From Bacteroidales bacterium (GTDB taxonomy: Bacteria > Bacteroidota > Bacteroidia > Bacteroidales > UBA10428): a stretch of DNA of 64,000 nt. Below the pieces are notes generated by a model. It saw only the letters and a program-made list of their open reading frames with translations, was not told where the DNA came from and did not search any database. Positions 49,837-58,355 of the stretch are shown piece by piece. Made by a program: the position numbers and the translations under genes. The stretch spans positions 19 to 64,018 of the forward strand of contig JBGSSF010000012.1 in assembly GCA_041737175.1 (NCBI GenBank). Reading direction: 5' to 3'. The first letter of the stretch is position 1; every line of letters starts with the position of its first letter.

Positions 49837-50061
49837 ATAAAAAAATGAATACACCCCAAAAAAAACACTTAAAAAATAAGAAAAAATAAAAAAATATTTA
49901 GAAATAAATAAAAAAATAGGGGTTAATTCAAAAAAAATAGAAAATATTTTTGAATTAAACTTTTTCACGATATTCTCAGACTGTTTAATATTTTGTACAG
50001 CAAAGTGAGGATTCCGAATATTTGTCTAATTTCATATCCGGAAAACCTTAAAATCGCCGGT

Positions 50062-50793
50062 ATGAAAACAATAAGTCTGGTTTTAGCATGGGTAACCTTG
50101 TCATTGCAGTTGTCATTGCAGGGTTGCACCCCCGTTTCATCTCCTGAGGTCCTGGTTTTTGCCAAAACACAGGGATTCTATCACACAAGTATTCCCAAAG
50201 GCTTGGCAACCATCATGCATATTTGCAGCGAGAATGGTATTGCGGTCGACACATCCCGCAATGCAGATGTATTCACTTTTGAGAACCTCAGACAGTATAA
50301 AGTCATTGTCTTTTTGAACACGACTGGCGATATCCTCAATGAAGCACAACAGGCTGCTTTTGAAAAGTATATTCAATCAGGCGGAGGATTTGTCGGCATT
50401 CATGCCGCTACAGACACCGAATATGACTGGCCTTGGTACAACAGGCTTGTAGGGGCCTATTTCCTTTCCCATCCCGCCCAGCAGCAAGCCACGATCCGGG
50501 TTACTGACAGGTTGCATCCTTCCGTCGGTTTCCTGCCGGAACAATGGACACGGACTGACGAGTGGTACAATTTTAAAAACATCAGTCCCGACATTCAGGT
50601 ATTGGCTTACCTTGATGAAACAAGTTACCAGGGTGGCGAAAACGGTGAAAAGCATCCCTTCATTTGGTGCCATGAGTTTGACGGGGGACGTGCTTTGTAC
50701 ACAGGCGTGGGTCATCGGGATGACAATTATGATGAACCGTTACTGCAAAAGCACCTGCTGGAGGCCATCCTGTGGGCCGGGAAGATTAAGTAA
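50062..50793 (+). CDS. ThuA domain-containing lipoprotein
   Basis: ThuA-like motifs GGGFVGIHAA, HP...W and GRALYTGVGH. The start is set at the ATG at 50062, giving the lipobox SLQGC. The ORF extends to 49993. Confidence 0.7.
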   Translation: MKTISLVLAWVTLSLQLSLQGCTPVSSPEVLVFAKTQGFYHTSIPKGLATIMHICSENGIAVDTSRNADVFTFENLRQYKVIVFLNTTGDILNEAQQAAFEKYIQSGGGFVGIHAATDTEYDWPWYNRLVGAYFLSHPAQQQATIRVTDRLHPSVGFLPEQWTRTDEWYNFKNISPDIQVLAYLDETSYQGGENGEKHPFIWCHEFDGGRALYTGVGHRDDNYDEPLLQKHLLEAILWAGKIK

Positions 50794-50808
50794 TGCAGGT
50801 ATCGCCGT

Positions 50809-51396
50809 TTACAGCGAGTCAGAATTCCTTGTGATCTCAAGGTTTCTGGCGGCTGTTTCCAGCAGGCTGAACCATGGTGAGCCGTAATGTTGGGACAGTG
50901 CGTTTTTGCAAAAAAGGTAAACCGGCATTTGCTGTTCTTCTCCCAACCGGATTGCAGGTTGGCAGATTTCCCAACGGTCATAGTTAACCGCATCAAACTG
51001 CCGGTATTTCTTGATCCTTACGGGGTAAAGGTAACAGGAAACCGGTTTCCGGAAATTAATAACACCTGCCATAAAGGCTTTTTCAATGGCGCAACGTGCA
51101 ATTCCGTTTTCAAACAGCGTATATGCACATTCCTTCCCTTCAATTAACGGGGTTACGGTATCACTTTCAATATCAATGACCGATGTTCCATGTTCCTGGA
51201 TGCTTCTAACAGCCTCATCACGGAGAAAGGGTTTCAGGGTCGGATAGATTTCTTCCAGTTTCTTTACTTCATCTGCTTCCAACGGGGCGCCTGAATCCCC
51301 TGTGACACAACAGGCGCCTTTGCAAGCATTCAGGTCACAGGTGAAATGGGATGTGATCACGTCAAGACTGACCAGGGTTTTGTCGATTTCCAGCAT
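50809..51396 (-). CDS. DUF3109 family Cys-rich protein
   Basis: The N-terminus IDKTLVSLDVITSHFTCDLNACKGACCVTGDSGAPL matches my memory of DUF3109. Confidence 0.6.
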   Translation of the reverse strand: MLEIDKTLVSLDVITSHFTCDLNACKGACCVTGDSGAPLEADEVKKLEEIYPTLKPFLRDEAVRSIQEHGTSVIDIESDTVTPLIEGKECAYTLFENGIARCAIEKAFMAGVINFRKPVSCYLYPVRIKKYRQFDAVNYDRWEICQPAIRLGEEQQMPVYLFCKNALSQHYGSPWFSLLETAARNLEITRNSDSL

Positions 51397-51429
51397 GGAA
51401 TGAATATTTGGGGCGAAAGTAAGGAATAA

Positions 51430-51465
51430 GTTGTAAAAGTTGTAAAAGTTGTAAAGGTTGTAAAA
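51430..51465. repeat. Tandem nonamer GTTGTAAA(A/G) x4
   Basis: Counted directly. It lies in the divergent promoter region between the DUF3109 gene and secDF. Confidence 0.95.
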
Positions 51466-51491
51466 TCCGTTTCGTCATGCCGAAAATTTTA

Positions 51492-51499
51492 TATATTTG
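51492..51499 (+). promoter_or_regulatory. Bacteroidota -7 promoter box (TATATTTG) for secDF
   Basis: Exact TAnnTTTG match 46 nt upstream of the secDF ATG. Confidence 0.45.
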
Positions 51500-51544
51500 C
51501 GCCACTGTAAAAAATCAGATTTATAAACTAATATCAATATAGCA

Positions 51545-54500
51545 ATGCGTAACAAAGGAGCCATCTGGACATTGGCTATCGCGCTCGTGCTGGTCTGCCT
51601 ATATCAGCTTTCATTCACCGTGGTTACAAATAAGGTAAGGAAAGACTCAAAGAAATATGCACGGGATGCACAGAACGTGGTTGACCTGAAAAAGGCTGAT
51701 TACTACCTTGATTCCATAGCCGGTGAGCCAGTATATAATTTCCTGTGGCTGAAAAAATATACTTACCGGGAATGCCAGGAAAGGGAAATAAACCTCGGTC
51801 TGGACCTGCAGGGTGGTATGAACGTGATCCTCGAGGTTTCTGTGGTGGATGTCATCCGGTCCATGGCCAATTATTCCAAGGATTCTACCTTTAACAAGGC
51901 CCTTGCGCTTGCCAAAAGGAACCAGGTGGGTTCCAATGAGAATTTTGTAACCCTTTTCGGACGGGCGTTTGCAGAGGTCGATCCGAATGCAAGACTTTCC
52001 GCCGTTTTTACCGCACCGGAACTCCGAGACCTCATCTCTTACAACACATCCAACGCTGACGTACTGAAAGTGATACAGGATGAAGCAGATAAAGCCATTT
52101 CCAACTCATTCAACATCATCACCACCCGTATTGACCACTTCGGTGTTACTTCACCCACAGTACAGCGACTGCAAAACGGTGACCGGATCCTGGTTGAATT
52201 GCCCGGTGTGGAAGAAAAAGACAGGGTCAGGAAACTTTTGCAGGGAGCAGCTCGTCTTGAATTCTGGGAAACTTACAGCAATACCGACGCTGAGATCCGT
52301 AACGGCTTACTGGCATTAAACAACCTGGTTAAAGAAATCAATAAATCGCAAAAATCGGCGACTCCGGCTGTTCAAACCTCCGCAGCTCAGAATGTTGTTG
52401 ACAACCAGGCTGCAGTTACCCAGCAGACACCCGATGAAGATACTCCTGCTTTGTTGCAGCAGTTATCCCAGGATAGTACAAAAACTGCACAGGACACAGC
52501 TTCATCCTCCACAGATGCTTTATTACAGGAGAATCCGTTGTTCAGCGTGCTGGTTCCTTACGTCAGTCAGAATGGCGAACTGCTCCCGGGATCGGTTTTC
52601 GGCCAGGTTCATTATAAAGATACGGCCCGGGTGAACCAGTATCTCAGACTGGCCATGCAGCGCAATCTTTTCCCGCGCAATTTCAAATATTTCTGGTCGG
52701 CAGAGCCCATCATAAATCAGACTACCCAAAAACCGACTGATTATTATGAAGTGCATGCCATTAAGGTTACGAGCCGCGATGGTCTTCCGCCCCTTACAGG
52801 GGATGTGATTACCCGGGCCACGAACCAGTATAATGAAAACAGCGGCGAGGCTTATGTTTCCATGGATATGAATGCTCAGGGCACACAGATCTGGGCGCGA
52901 CTTACCCGTGAAAATGTCGGGAATATAATTGCCGTGGTAATGGACAATTATGTGTATTCCTATCCCCGGGTCAATGAGGAAATACCTACCGGCAGTTCAC
53001 AAATCTCTGGCTCTTTCGATGCCAAAGAAGCTGAAGATCTTGCCAATCTCCTGAAGTCCGGCACCATGCCTGCCCCCTGTAAGATTATTCAGGAAGAGGT
53101 TATAGGACCCTCCCTGGGTAAGGAATCCATCCGGACGGGTTTGAATTCTCTGCTGATTTCCTTCGTGCTGATATTCTCCTTCATGATCTTCTATTATACC
53201 CGAAGGGCAGGTTTGGTCGCTGACGTTGTCCTCTTCCTGAACATGTTCTTCCTGATCGGAGTTCTGGCTTCACTGGGCCTTGCCCTTACGCTGCCGGGTA
53301 TTGCCGGTATCGTGCTCAACATCGGTATGTCGGTGGATGCAAACGTCCTTATCAATGAACGTATCCGGGAGGAACTGATGGCCGGCAAAGGCGTTAAGAT
53401 GGCCGTCGCCGACGGATACAAGAATGCCTTATCCGCCATCATCGACGGAAACATCACAACCCTGATCACCGGTATCATTTTGTACCTGCAGGGTGTCGGT
53501 CCGGTGAAAGGTTTCGCCACCACTCTGGTTATCGGGATCATCACCACCTTGTTCTCCACGCTGTTTATCAGCAGGCTGATCTTTGAAATCTGGCTCGAAA
53601 AGAATCCAAATGCGCTCACTTTCAGCACAAGACTGTCTGCCGGTGCTTTTAAAAATATTAATCTCGATTACATCGGGAACCGGAAAAAGTTTTACATACT
53701 GTCCGGTGTAATTATACTTGTAGGAATTGGCTCACTCGTAATTCGGGGACTTGACCAGGGTGTCGACTTTACCGGTGGACGCAATTATATTGTGCAGTTT
53801 GAGAAGCCGGTCAGCACCGTCGAAATTGCCGGGCTGCTTGAGACTGAACTTGGCATGCGTCCGACGGTCATTACCTACGGCACTGAAGACAAAGTGCGTA
53901 TCACCACCAAATATGGCGTTGATTCGGAAGATCCCGAAGTGGATAATCAGATAGAAGCGTTAATCTACAAGGGTGTCAGGCCTATTATCGGTGAAAATGT
54001 AACCTATGACCAGTTTAAAGACGATTATGTTCAGGGATTGCAGCGGGTTGGCCCTACCATCGCAGCTGACATCAAACGAAAATCCTTCATTGCCATTTTC
54101 CTGTCCCTGATTTTCATGTTTCTTTATGTTGGGTTCAGGTTCCGGAACTGGAGCTTCGGACTGGGTGCCATAGCCTCACTGGCCCACGACGCCTTTCTTG
54201 TAATAGCCGGGTTCTCATTGCTATACGGATTGATGCCTTTCTCCCTGGAGGTGGACCAGACTTTCATTGCGGCTGTCCTGACCATTGTCGGGTACTCGGT
54301 GAATGATACCGTGGTAATCTTTGACAGGGTGAGGGAGTATCGGGCTTTGCATCCCAAAATGGATTATAAGACATTAATCAACAAGGCAGTCAATGATACT
54401 TTCAGCCGGACCATCATCACCTCGCTTACTGTGCTGATTACCGTGGCCATTATCTTTTTCGTCACCGGCCAGAGCGTCAGAGGATTTGCCTTTGCCCTGC

Positions 54501-54601
54501 TGATTGGTTTGATCTCCGGTATTTATTCCACCGTATTTATTGCATCTGCCCTGGTATATGATACCAGCATCAGGAGAGACAAGAAAAAACTTGCGCAATA
54601 A
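51545..54601 (+). CDS. secDF: Protein translocase subunit SecDF (fused)
   Basis: 1018 aa. An N-terminal TM and a large periplasmic P1 domain are followed by two six-TM RND-like blocks (GIAGIVLNIGMSVDANVLINERIREE, then VGYSVNDTVVIFDRVRE). Confidence 0.93.
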   Translation: MRNKGAIWTLAIALVLVCLYQLSFTVVTNKVRKDSKKYARDAQNVVDLKKADYYLDSIAGEPVYNFLWLKKYTYRECQEREINLGLDLQGGMNVILEVSVVDVIRSMANYSKDSTFNKALALAKRNQVGSNENFVTLFGRAFAEVDPNARLSAVFTAPELRDLISYNTSNADVLKVIQDEADKAISNSFNIITTRIDHFGVTSPTVQRLQNGDRILVELPGVEEKDRVRKLLQGAARLEFWETYSNTDAEIRNGLLALNNLVKEINKSQKSATPAVQTSAAQNVVDNQAAVTQQTPDEDTPALLQQLSQDSTKTAQDTASSSTDALLQENPLFSVLVPYVSQNGELLPGSVFGQVHYKDTARVNQYLRLAMQRNLFPRNFKYFWSAEPIINQTTQKPTDYYEVHAIKVTSRDGLPPLTGDVITRATNQYNENSGEAYVSMDMNAQGTQIWARLTRENVGNIIAVVMDNYVYSYPRVNEEIPTGSSQISGSFDAKEAEDLANLLKSGTMPAPCKIIQEEVIGPSLGKESIRTGLNSLLISFVLIFSFMIFYYTRRAGLVADVVLFLNMFFLIGVLASLGLALTLPGIAGIVLNIGMSVDANVLINERIREELMAGKGVKMAVADGYKNALSAIIDGNITTLITGIILYLQGVGPVKGFATTLVIGIITTLFSTLFISRLIFEIWLEKNPNALTFSTRLSAGAFKNINLDYIGNRKKFYILSGVIILVGIGSLVIRGLDQGVDFTGGRNYIVQFEKPVSTVEIAGLLETELGMRPTVITYGTEDKVRITTKYGVDSEDPEVDNQIEALIYKGVRPIIGENVTYDQFKDDYVQGLQRVGPTIAADIKRKSFIAIFLSLIFMFLYVGFRFRNWSFGLGAIASLAHDAFLVIAGFSLLYGLMPFSLEVDQTFIAAVLTIVGYSVNDTVVIFDRVREYRALHPKMDYKTLINKAVNDTFSRTIITSLTVLITVAIIFFVTGQSVRGFAFALLIGLISGIYSTVFIASALVYDTSIRRDKKKLAQ

Positions 54602-54620
54602 AGCGCTCATTGATTCTTAA

Positions 54621-54649
54621 AACCCGGATTGCTGATCCGGGTTTTTTTA
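54621..54649 (+). terminator. Intrinsic terminator after secDF
   Basis: AACCCGGAT-TGCTG-ATCCGGGTT followed by a T-run. Confidence 0.75.
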
Positions 54650-54660
54650 GCATCTTTTAC

Positions 54661-54668
54661 TATATTTG
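54661..54668 (+). promoter_or_regulatory. Bacteroidota -7 promoter box (TATATTTG) for tatA
   Basis: Exact TAnnTTTG match 19 nt upstream of the tatA ATG. Confidence 0.4.
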
Positions 54669-54686
54669 TAGGCTTAAATAAAATCT

Positions 54687-55109
54687 ATGCAGCATATTTT
54701 TGTTTTTCTCAGCGGGGGTGAGTTGCTGGTTGTTTTTCTGGTTTTCCTGCTGCTTTTCGGATCAAGTAAAATTCCCGAGCTGGCAAAGGGACTTGGAAAG
54801 GGTTTACGCGAATTTAAAAAGGCCACCGACGATATTAAAAAAGAAATCAACAACAGTACCGGAGATATTACCAGAGATATTAATGACAGTATTGGGGGAA
54901 TCCAGAAAAATATAACGGATATTACCTCGGATATCTCAAAAGATATGAACGAGAATGCCGGTTATGTGAGCCAAAGCTTTAACGAAACTTCAACAACTGT
55001 AAACCAGAATATTGCGGAAACTGCTTCGGATGCGACAAAAGATTTGAATAAGGGTGGAGAAGACATCCATGAGCAGATCAACGAGATCACGGATAATATC
55101 AGCTCCTGA
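54687..55109 (+). CDS. tatA: Twin-arginine translocase TatA/TatE family subunit with a long acidic C-terminal tail
   Basis: TM + hinge + amphipathic helix: [34 protein letters not shown]. Confidence 0.8.
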   Translation: MQHIFVFLSGGELLVVFLVFLLLFGSSKIPELAKGLGKGLREFKKATDDIKKEINNSTGDITRDINDSIGGIQKNITDITSDISKDMNENAGYVSQSFNETSTTVNQNIAETASDATKDLNKGGEDIHEQINEITDNISS

Positions 55110-55115
55110 ATTGCC

Positions 55116-55775
55116 ATGGCAATAATCGAGGCAACAAACATCAGCAAGTCTTTTGGTTCATTGCAGGTTTTAAAAGGAATCAGCGTAAATATACAGCCGG
55201 GCGAAATAGTCACCATTGTTGGTGCAAGCGGTGCAGGTAAAACAACCTTTCTTCAGATCGCCGGCACGCTCCTCAAACCATCGGAAGGTCTGATCAGGAT
55301 CAACGGAACGGAGGTCAGCCAGCTGAAGGACAAAGATTTAGCCAGGTTCAGGAATAAGCACATCGGATTTGTATTTCAGTTCCATCACCTGCTGCCCGAA
55401 TTCACAGCCCTGGAAAATGTATGTATACCCGCCTTTATTGCCGGAGTGAACCGAAATGAAGCCCTGCACCGTGCCGGCGACATCCTTGAATTTCTCATGC
55501 TCAGTCACCGGCTGAACCATAAACCGGCTGAATTGTCCGGCGGCGAGCAACAACGCGTGGCTGTTGCCAGGGCGCTCATCAATAATCCTGATGTGGTGCT
55601 GGCCGATGAACCCTCCGGCAACCTCGATTCACATAATAAAAAGGAACTTCACGAGCTGTTTTTTTCCCTACGGAACAAGTATAACCAGACTTTTGTAATC
55701 GTCACCCACGATACGGAACTGGCCGGCATGAGCGACAGGACGATCACCATGCATGACGGGTTACTGGTGAGTTAA
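55116..55775 (+). CDS. lolD: ABC transporter ATP-binding protein, LolD-like
   Basis: Walker [10 protein letters not shown], signature LSGGEQQRV and Walker [13 protein letters not shown]. Confidence 0.75.
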   Translation: MAIIEATNISKSFGSLQVLKGISVNIQPGEIVTIVGASGAGKTTFLQIAGTLLKPSEGLIRINGTEVSQLKDKDLARFRNKHIGFVFQFHHLLPEFTALENVCIPAFIAGVNRNEALHRAGDILEFLMLSHRLNHKPAELSGGEQQRVAVARALINNPDVVLADEPSGNLDSHNKKELHELFFSLRNKYNQTFVIVTHDTELAGMSDRTITMHDGLLVS

Positions 55776-55804
55776 TGTGCAAATGTGCAAATGTGCAAAT
55801 GTGC
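55775..55804. repeat. Tandem octamer ATGTGCAA x3.75
   Basis: Counted directly. The first unit overlaps the last base of the lolD stop codon. Confidence 0.95.
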
Positions 55805-55837
55805 TTCGCCCGCCGAAGCCTTGGCGAAGGAGGGGAA

Positions 55838-56599
55838 ATGGAAGAAATAAAAGCATTCCTGGACGCGAAGGTTGAATTGTATAACCGGCGGGAGTTTATT
55901 GCATCCGATCCCATACAGGTACCTCACCTTTTTTCGGATCCCGGGGACATCGAAATAGCCGGTTTTCTTACCGCCACCCTGGCCTGGGGACAACGGAAAA
56001 CCATCATCAGCAAATCCAAAGAACTGCTTGGATTAATGGATAACAGGCCGTTTGATTTTATTACCACGGCCAAAGAAAAGGATTTCCAGAGATTCGAAGC
56101 CTTTTGTCACAGGACTTTCAATACGACTGACGCCCTTTACTTCCTGCTATCACTGAAAAATATCTATACTCGACATGACGGGCTCAGACACGTGTTTGAA
56201 CAAGGATTTCAAAAGAACAGGGAAGCCGGAACGGCCATTTCGCATTTCAGACAGGTGTTTTTTGAAGGAGAATACCCTGTCAGAACCTGCAAGCATGTAC
56301 CTGACATCACGAAGGGTTCAGCCGCCAAGCGCATCAACATGTTTTTACGGTGGATGGTAAGATCGGACGGGCATGGGGTGGATTTTGGCCTGTGGAATAC
56401 CATCAATCCGGCCTGGCTCTCTATCCCGCTCGATCTGCATACCGGTTCAACTGCCCGGAAGCTGGGATTGCTGACCCGAAAACAAAACGACTGGAAAGCT
56501 GTTCGTGAGCTGACTCACCGGCTCCGGGAATTTGATCCTGCAGACCCGGTAAGATATGATTTCGCCCTTTTCGGAATAGGTGCCTTCGAAAAAAGGTGA
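55838..56599 (+). CDS. TIGR02757/DUF2400-like family protein
   Basis: DPIQVPH...IEIAGFLTATLAWGQRKTII resembles the family. The start is set at the ATG at 55838, downstream of the repeat and hairpin. The ORF is formally open from 55775. Confidence 0.5.
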   Translation: MEEIKAFLDAKVELYNRREFIASDPIQVPHLFSDPGDIEIAGFLTATLAWGQRKTIISKSKELLGLMDNRPFDFITTAKEKDFQRFEAFCHRTFNTTDALYFLLSLKNIYTRHDGLRHVFEQGFQKNREAGTAISHFRQVFFEGEYPVRTCKHVPDITKGSAAKRINMFLRWMVRSDGHGVDFGLWNTINPAWLSIPLDLHTGSTARKLGLLTRKQNDWKAVRELTHRLREFDPADPVRYDFALFGIGAFEKR

Positions 56600-56601
56600 A
56601 G

Positions 56602-57312
56602 ATGTCAAATTCCTGGTTTACATTTAAGCAATTTACGATTCAGCAGGATCGGTGCGCCATGAAGGTGGGAACCGACGGTGTTCTGCTGGGGGCATGGGTC
56701 AATGTGGAAGGCGCCGGGAGGATCCTCGACGCGGGTTCAGGTACCGGGCTTATTGCCATTATGCTGGCGCAGCGTTCCGAAGCATTGATCGATGCAGTTG
56801 AGATTGATGAAACAGCTTTTGCGCAGGCCAGAGAAAACATTGCTGCATGTCCATGGAAAGAAAGGATCAGAATTCATTGTGATTCGTTGCAGCATTTTAT
56901 GGCTGGATCACCCGGACCGTTTGATATTGTAGTATCCAATCCGCCTTATTTTCGCAACTCACTTAAATCACCCTCAGAAATCCGATCCCTGGCAAGGCAC
57001 GATGAAAGGCTTGGTTATGAAAGCCTTCTCTTTTGTTCAGCTCAGCTGCTTTCTGCAAGGGGACAGCTTACTGTCATCATTCCGGCGGCTGAATCCGACC
57101 GGTTTAAGGAATTGGCTTATTTCCACGGGTTGTTTCCTTCATGGCTTGTCATGGTAAGACCTTCACCCGATAAAAATCCTGTACGTTGCCTTGTGGAATT
57201 TACTAAGGACAGAAACAGACGTTGCGAGGAAGGCAGTTTGATTATCAGAAATAAAGAATCAGACGCATACACAGAAGATTACAAAAAGCTGACTGAAAAG
57301 TTTTATTTGTAG
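56602..57312 (+). CDS. trmN6: tRNA1(Val) (adenine(37)-N6)-methyltransferase (YfiC/TrmN6-like)
   Basis: N-terminus FTFKQFTIQQDRCAMKVGTDGVLLGAW, SAM motif LDAGSGTG and catalytic NPPYF. The ATG at 56602 is preferred over the GTG at 56596. Confidence 0.75.
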   Translation: MSNSWFTFKQFTIQQDRCAMKVGTDGVLLGAWVNVEGAGRILDAGSGTGLIAIMLAQRSEALIDAVEIDETAFAQARENIAACPWKERIRIHCDSLQHFMAGSPGPFDIVVSNPPYFRNSLKSPSEIRSLARHDERLGYESLLFCSAQLLSARGQLTVIIPAAESDRFKELAYFHGLFPSWLVMVRPSPDKNPVRCLVEFTKDRNRRCEEGSLIIRNKESDAYTEDYKKLTEKFYL

Positions 57313-57315
57313 AAA

Positions 57316-57350
57316 CACCCTTCAAGGGTGTGCAACCCCTTGAAGGGTGT
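57316..57350. repeat. Two adjacent CCCTT-N-AAGGG palindromes directly after the trmN6 stop
   Basis: The sequences are CACCCTTCAAGGGTG and CCCCTTGAAGGGTG. Confidence 0.8.
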
Positions 57351-57378
57351 GATTTCAATATGTCAGAGCAATTAAAGT

Positions 57379-57469
57379 CTTCAATCTTCAATCTTCAATC
57401 TTTAGTCTTCAATCTTCAATCTTCAATCTTCAATCTTTGATCTTTGATCTTCAATCTTCAATCTTCAAA
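57379..57469. repeat. Tandem heptamer CTTCAAT x13 (variants CTTTAGT, CTTTGAT)
   Basis: Counted directly. The last unit overlaps the stop codon (57465-57467) of the minus-strand transporter gene. Confidence 0.95.
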
Positions 57470-58352
57470 CTTTCATCATTCTTCTCAACGGTATCAACAT
57501 TACCACCCAGGCCAGTTGGGATACTATAAAAAAGACATTCATGTTGCCCGGAAAGAAGAGAGCGGTAATTGTCACACCCAGTCCGATGTTATTGGCACCT
57601 GAGCTGATGGAGAACGTTTTTCTGACATCTTTGGTTTGTGAGGGGAACATAAAATAGCCGGCCAGATACATCAAAAAATAAAGGGCCAGGGCTTCGACGG
57701 CATATAAACCCACCATTCCGGGATTGGCGAGTATGGTGGGTTTGTTTCTGGCGGTGACCACTATGAATATTGCACTTAGGCCCAAAAGGGTGAACATAGG
57801 ATTGTAACGCCCGATAAAGTCCTTCAAGACCCTGAATTTCCTTACCAGAAGATGCACAATGAAAGGCAAAACTATCGTATAAACAAGTGTAAGAAGCATT
57901 TTTCCGGCCGATACATCAATAGTTGAACCCAGCAGCAGACTCAACAGGAAGGGGATGGTGAGCACGGACAGAAAACTACTGTAGATCAAAATTTTAAGTG
58001 ATAATTCAGGTTTTCCACCGAAAATCAACGTGAATGAAGGAGAGGATACCGCTGCCGGCAAAAGGAAAGAGAGTAGCAATGCCGGGGCATAAAAGTCACT
58101 GATCCATTTAAATGCAAAAAAAATGGCAAGGGGAAGGAGGACATAGCGCAAGAACCAGAACCGGAATGAGATTCTGAAATCGGTTTTCAGCGACTCGGAC
58201 GAGAAATTGATCTGAAAGAAAGAACAAAAGATGATAAAAGCCAGTGCAAGAATAACGATGAGCGGAGTAGCTTCACCAACAGAAGGAACAACCATGCCAA
58301 CCAGGCAGGAGACCAGTAAGAGTGTACCAAAATAGCGCTGAATAAAGCTCAT
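57465..58352 (-). CDS. SBF-like (bile acid:sodium symporter superfamily) membrane transporter
   Basis: About 9-10 TM segments with two family-like signature segments, LLPAAVSSPSFT and SISSGANNIGLGVT. Confidence 0.5.
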   Translation of the reverse strand: MSFIQRYFGTLLLVSCLVGMVVPSVGEATPLIVILALAFIIFCSFFQINFSSESLKTDFRISFRFWFLRYVLLPLAIFFAFKWISDFYAPALLLSFLLPAAVSSPSFTLIFGGKPELSLKILIYSSFLSVLTIPFLLSLLLGSTIDVSAGKMLLTLVYTIVLPFIVHLLVRKFRVLKDFIGRYNPMFTLLGLSAIFIVVTARNKPTILANPGMVGLYAVEALALYFLMYLAGYFMFPSQTKDVRKTFSISSGANNIGLGVTITALFFPGNMNVFFIVSQLAWVVMLIPLRRMMKV

Positions 58353-58355
58353 AGG

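Noticed and set aside
49603-49968. 121-aa minus-strand ORF (MKKFNSKIFSIFFELTPIFLF...) upstream of and overlapping the GSIII start
   Set aside because: It is the translation of the T-run-rich promoter tract, giving a Phe/Ile/Lys low-complexity product. It overlaps the genuine GSIII N-terminus in another frame.
55775-55837. N-terminal extension [21 protein letters not shown] of the TIGR02757-like gene
   Set aside because: It is simply the translation of the ATGTGCAA repeat and the following GC hairpin. The ATG at 55838 gives a plausible start. I kept this as a finding about the element, not as coding sequence.
4085-57469. The possibility that the short tandem repeat loci are CRISPR arrays
   Set aside because: Units are 7-9 nt and directly abutting, with no spacers. 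CRISPR repeats are ~24-48 nt and separated by unique spacers. No cas genes are present.
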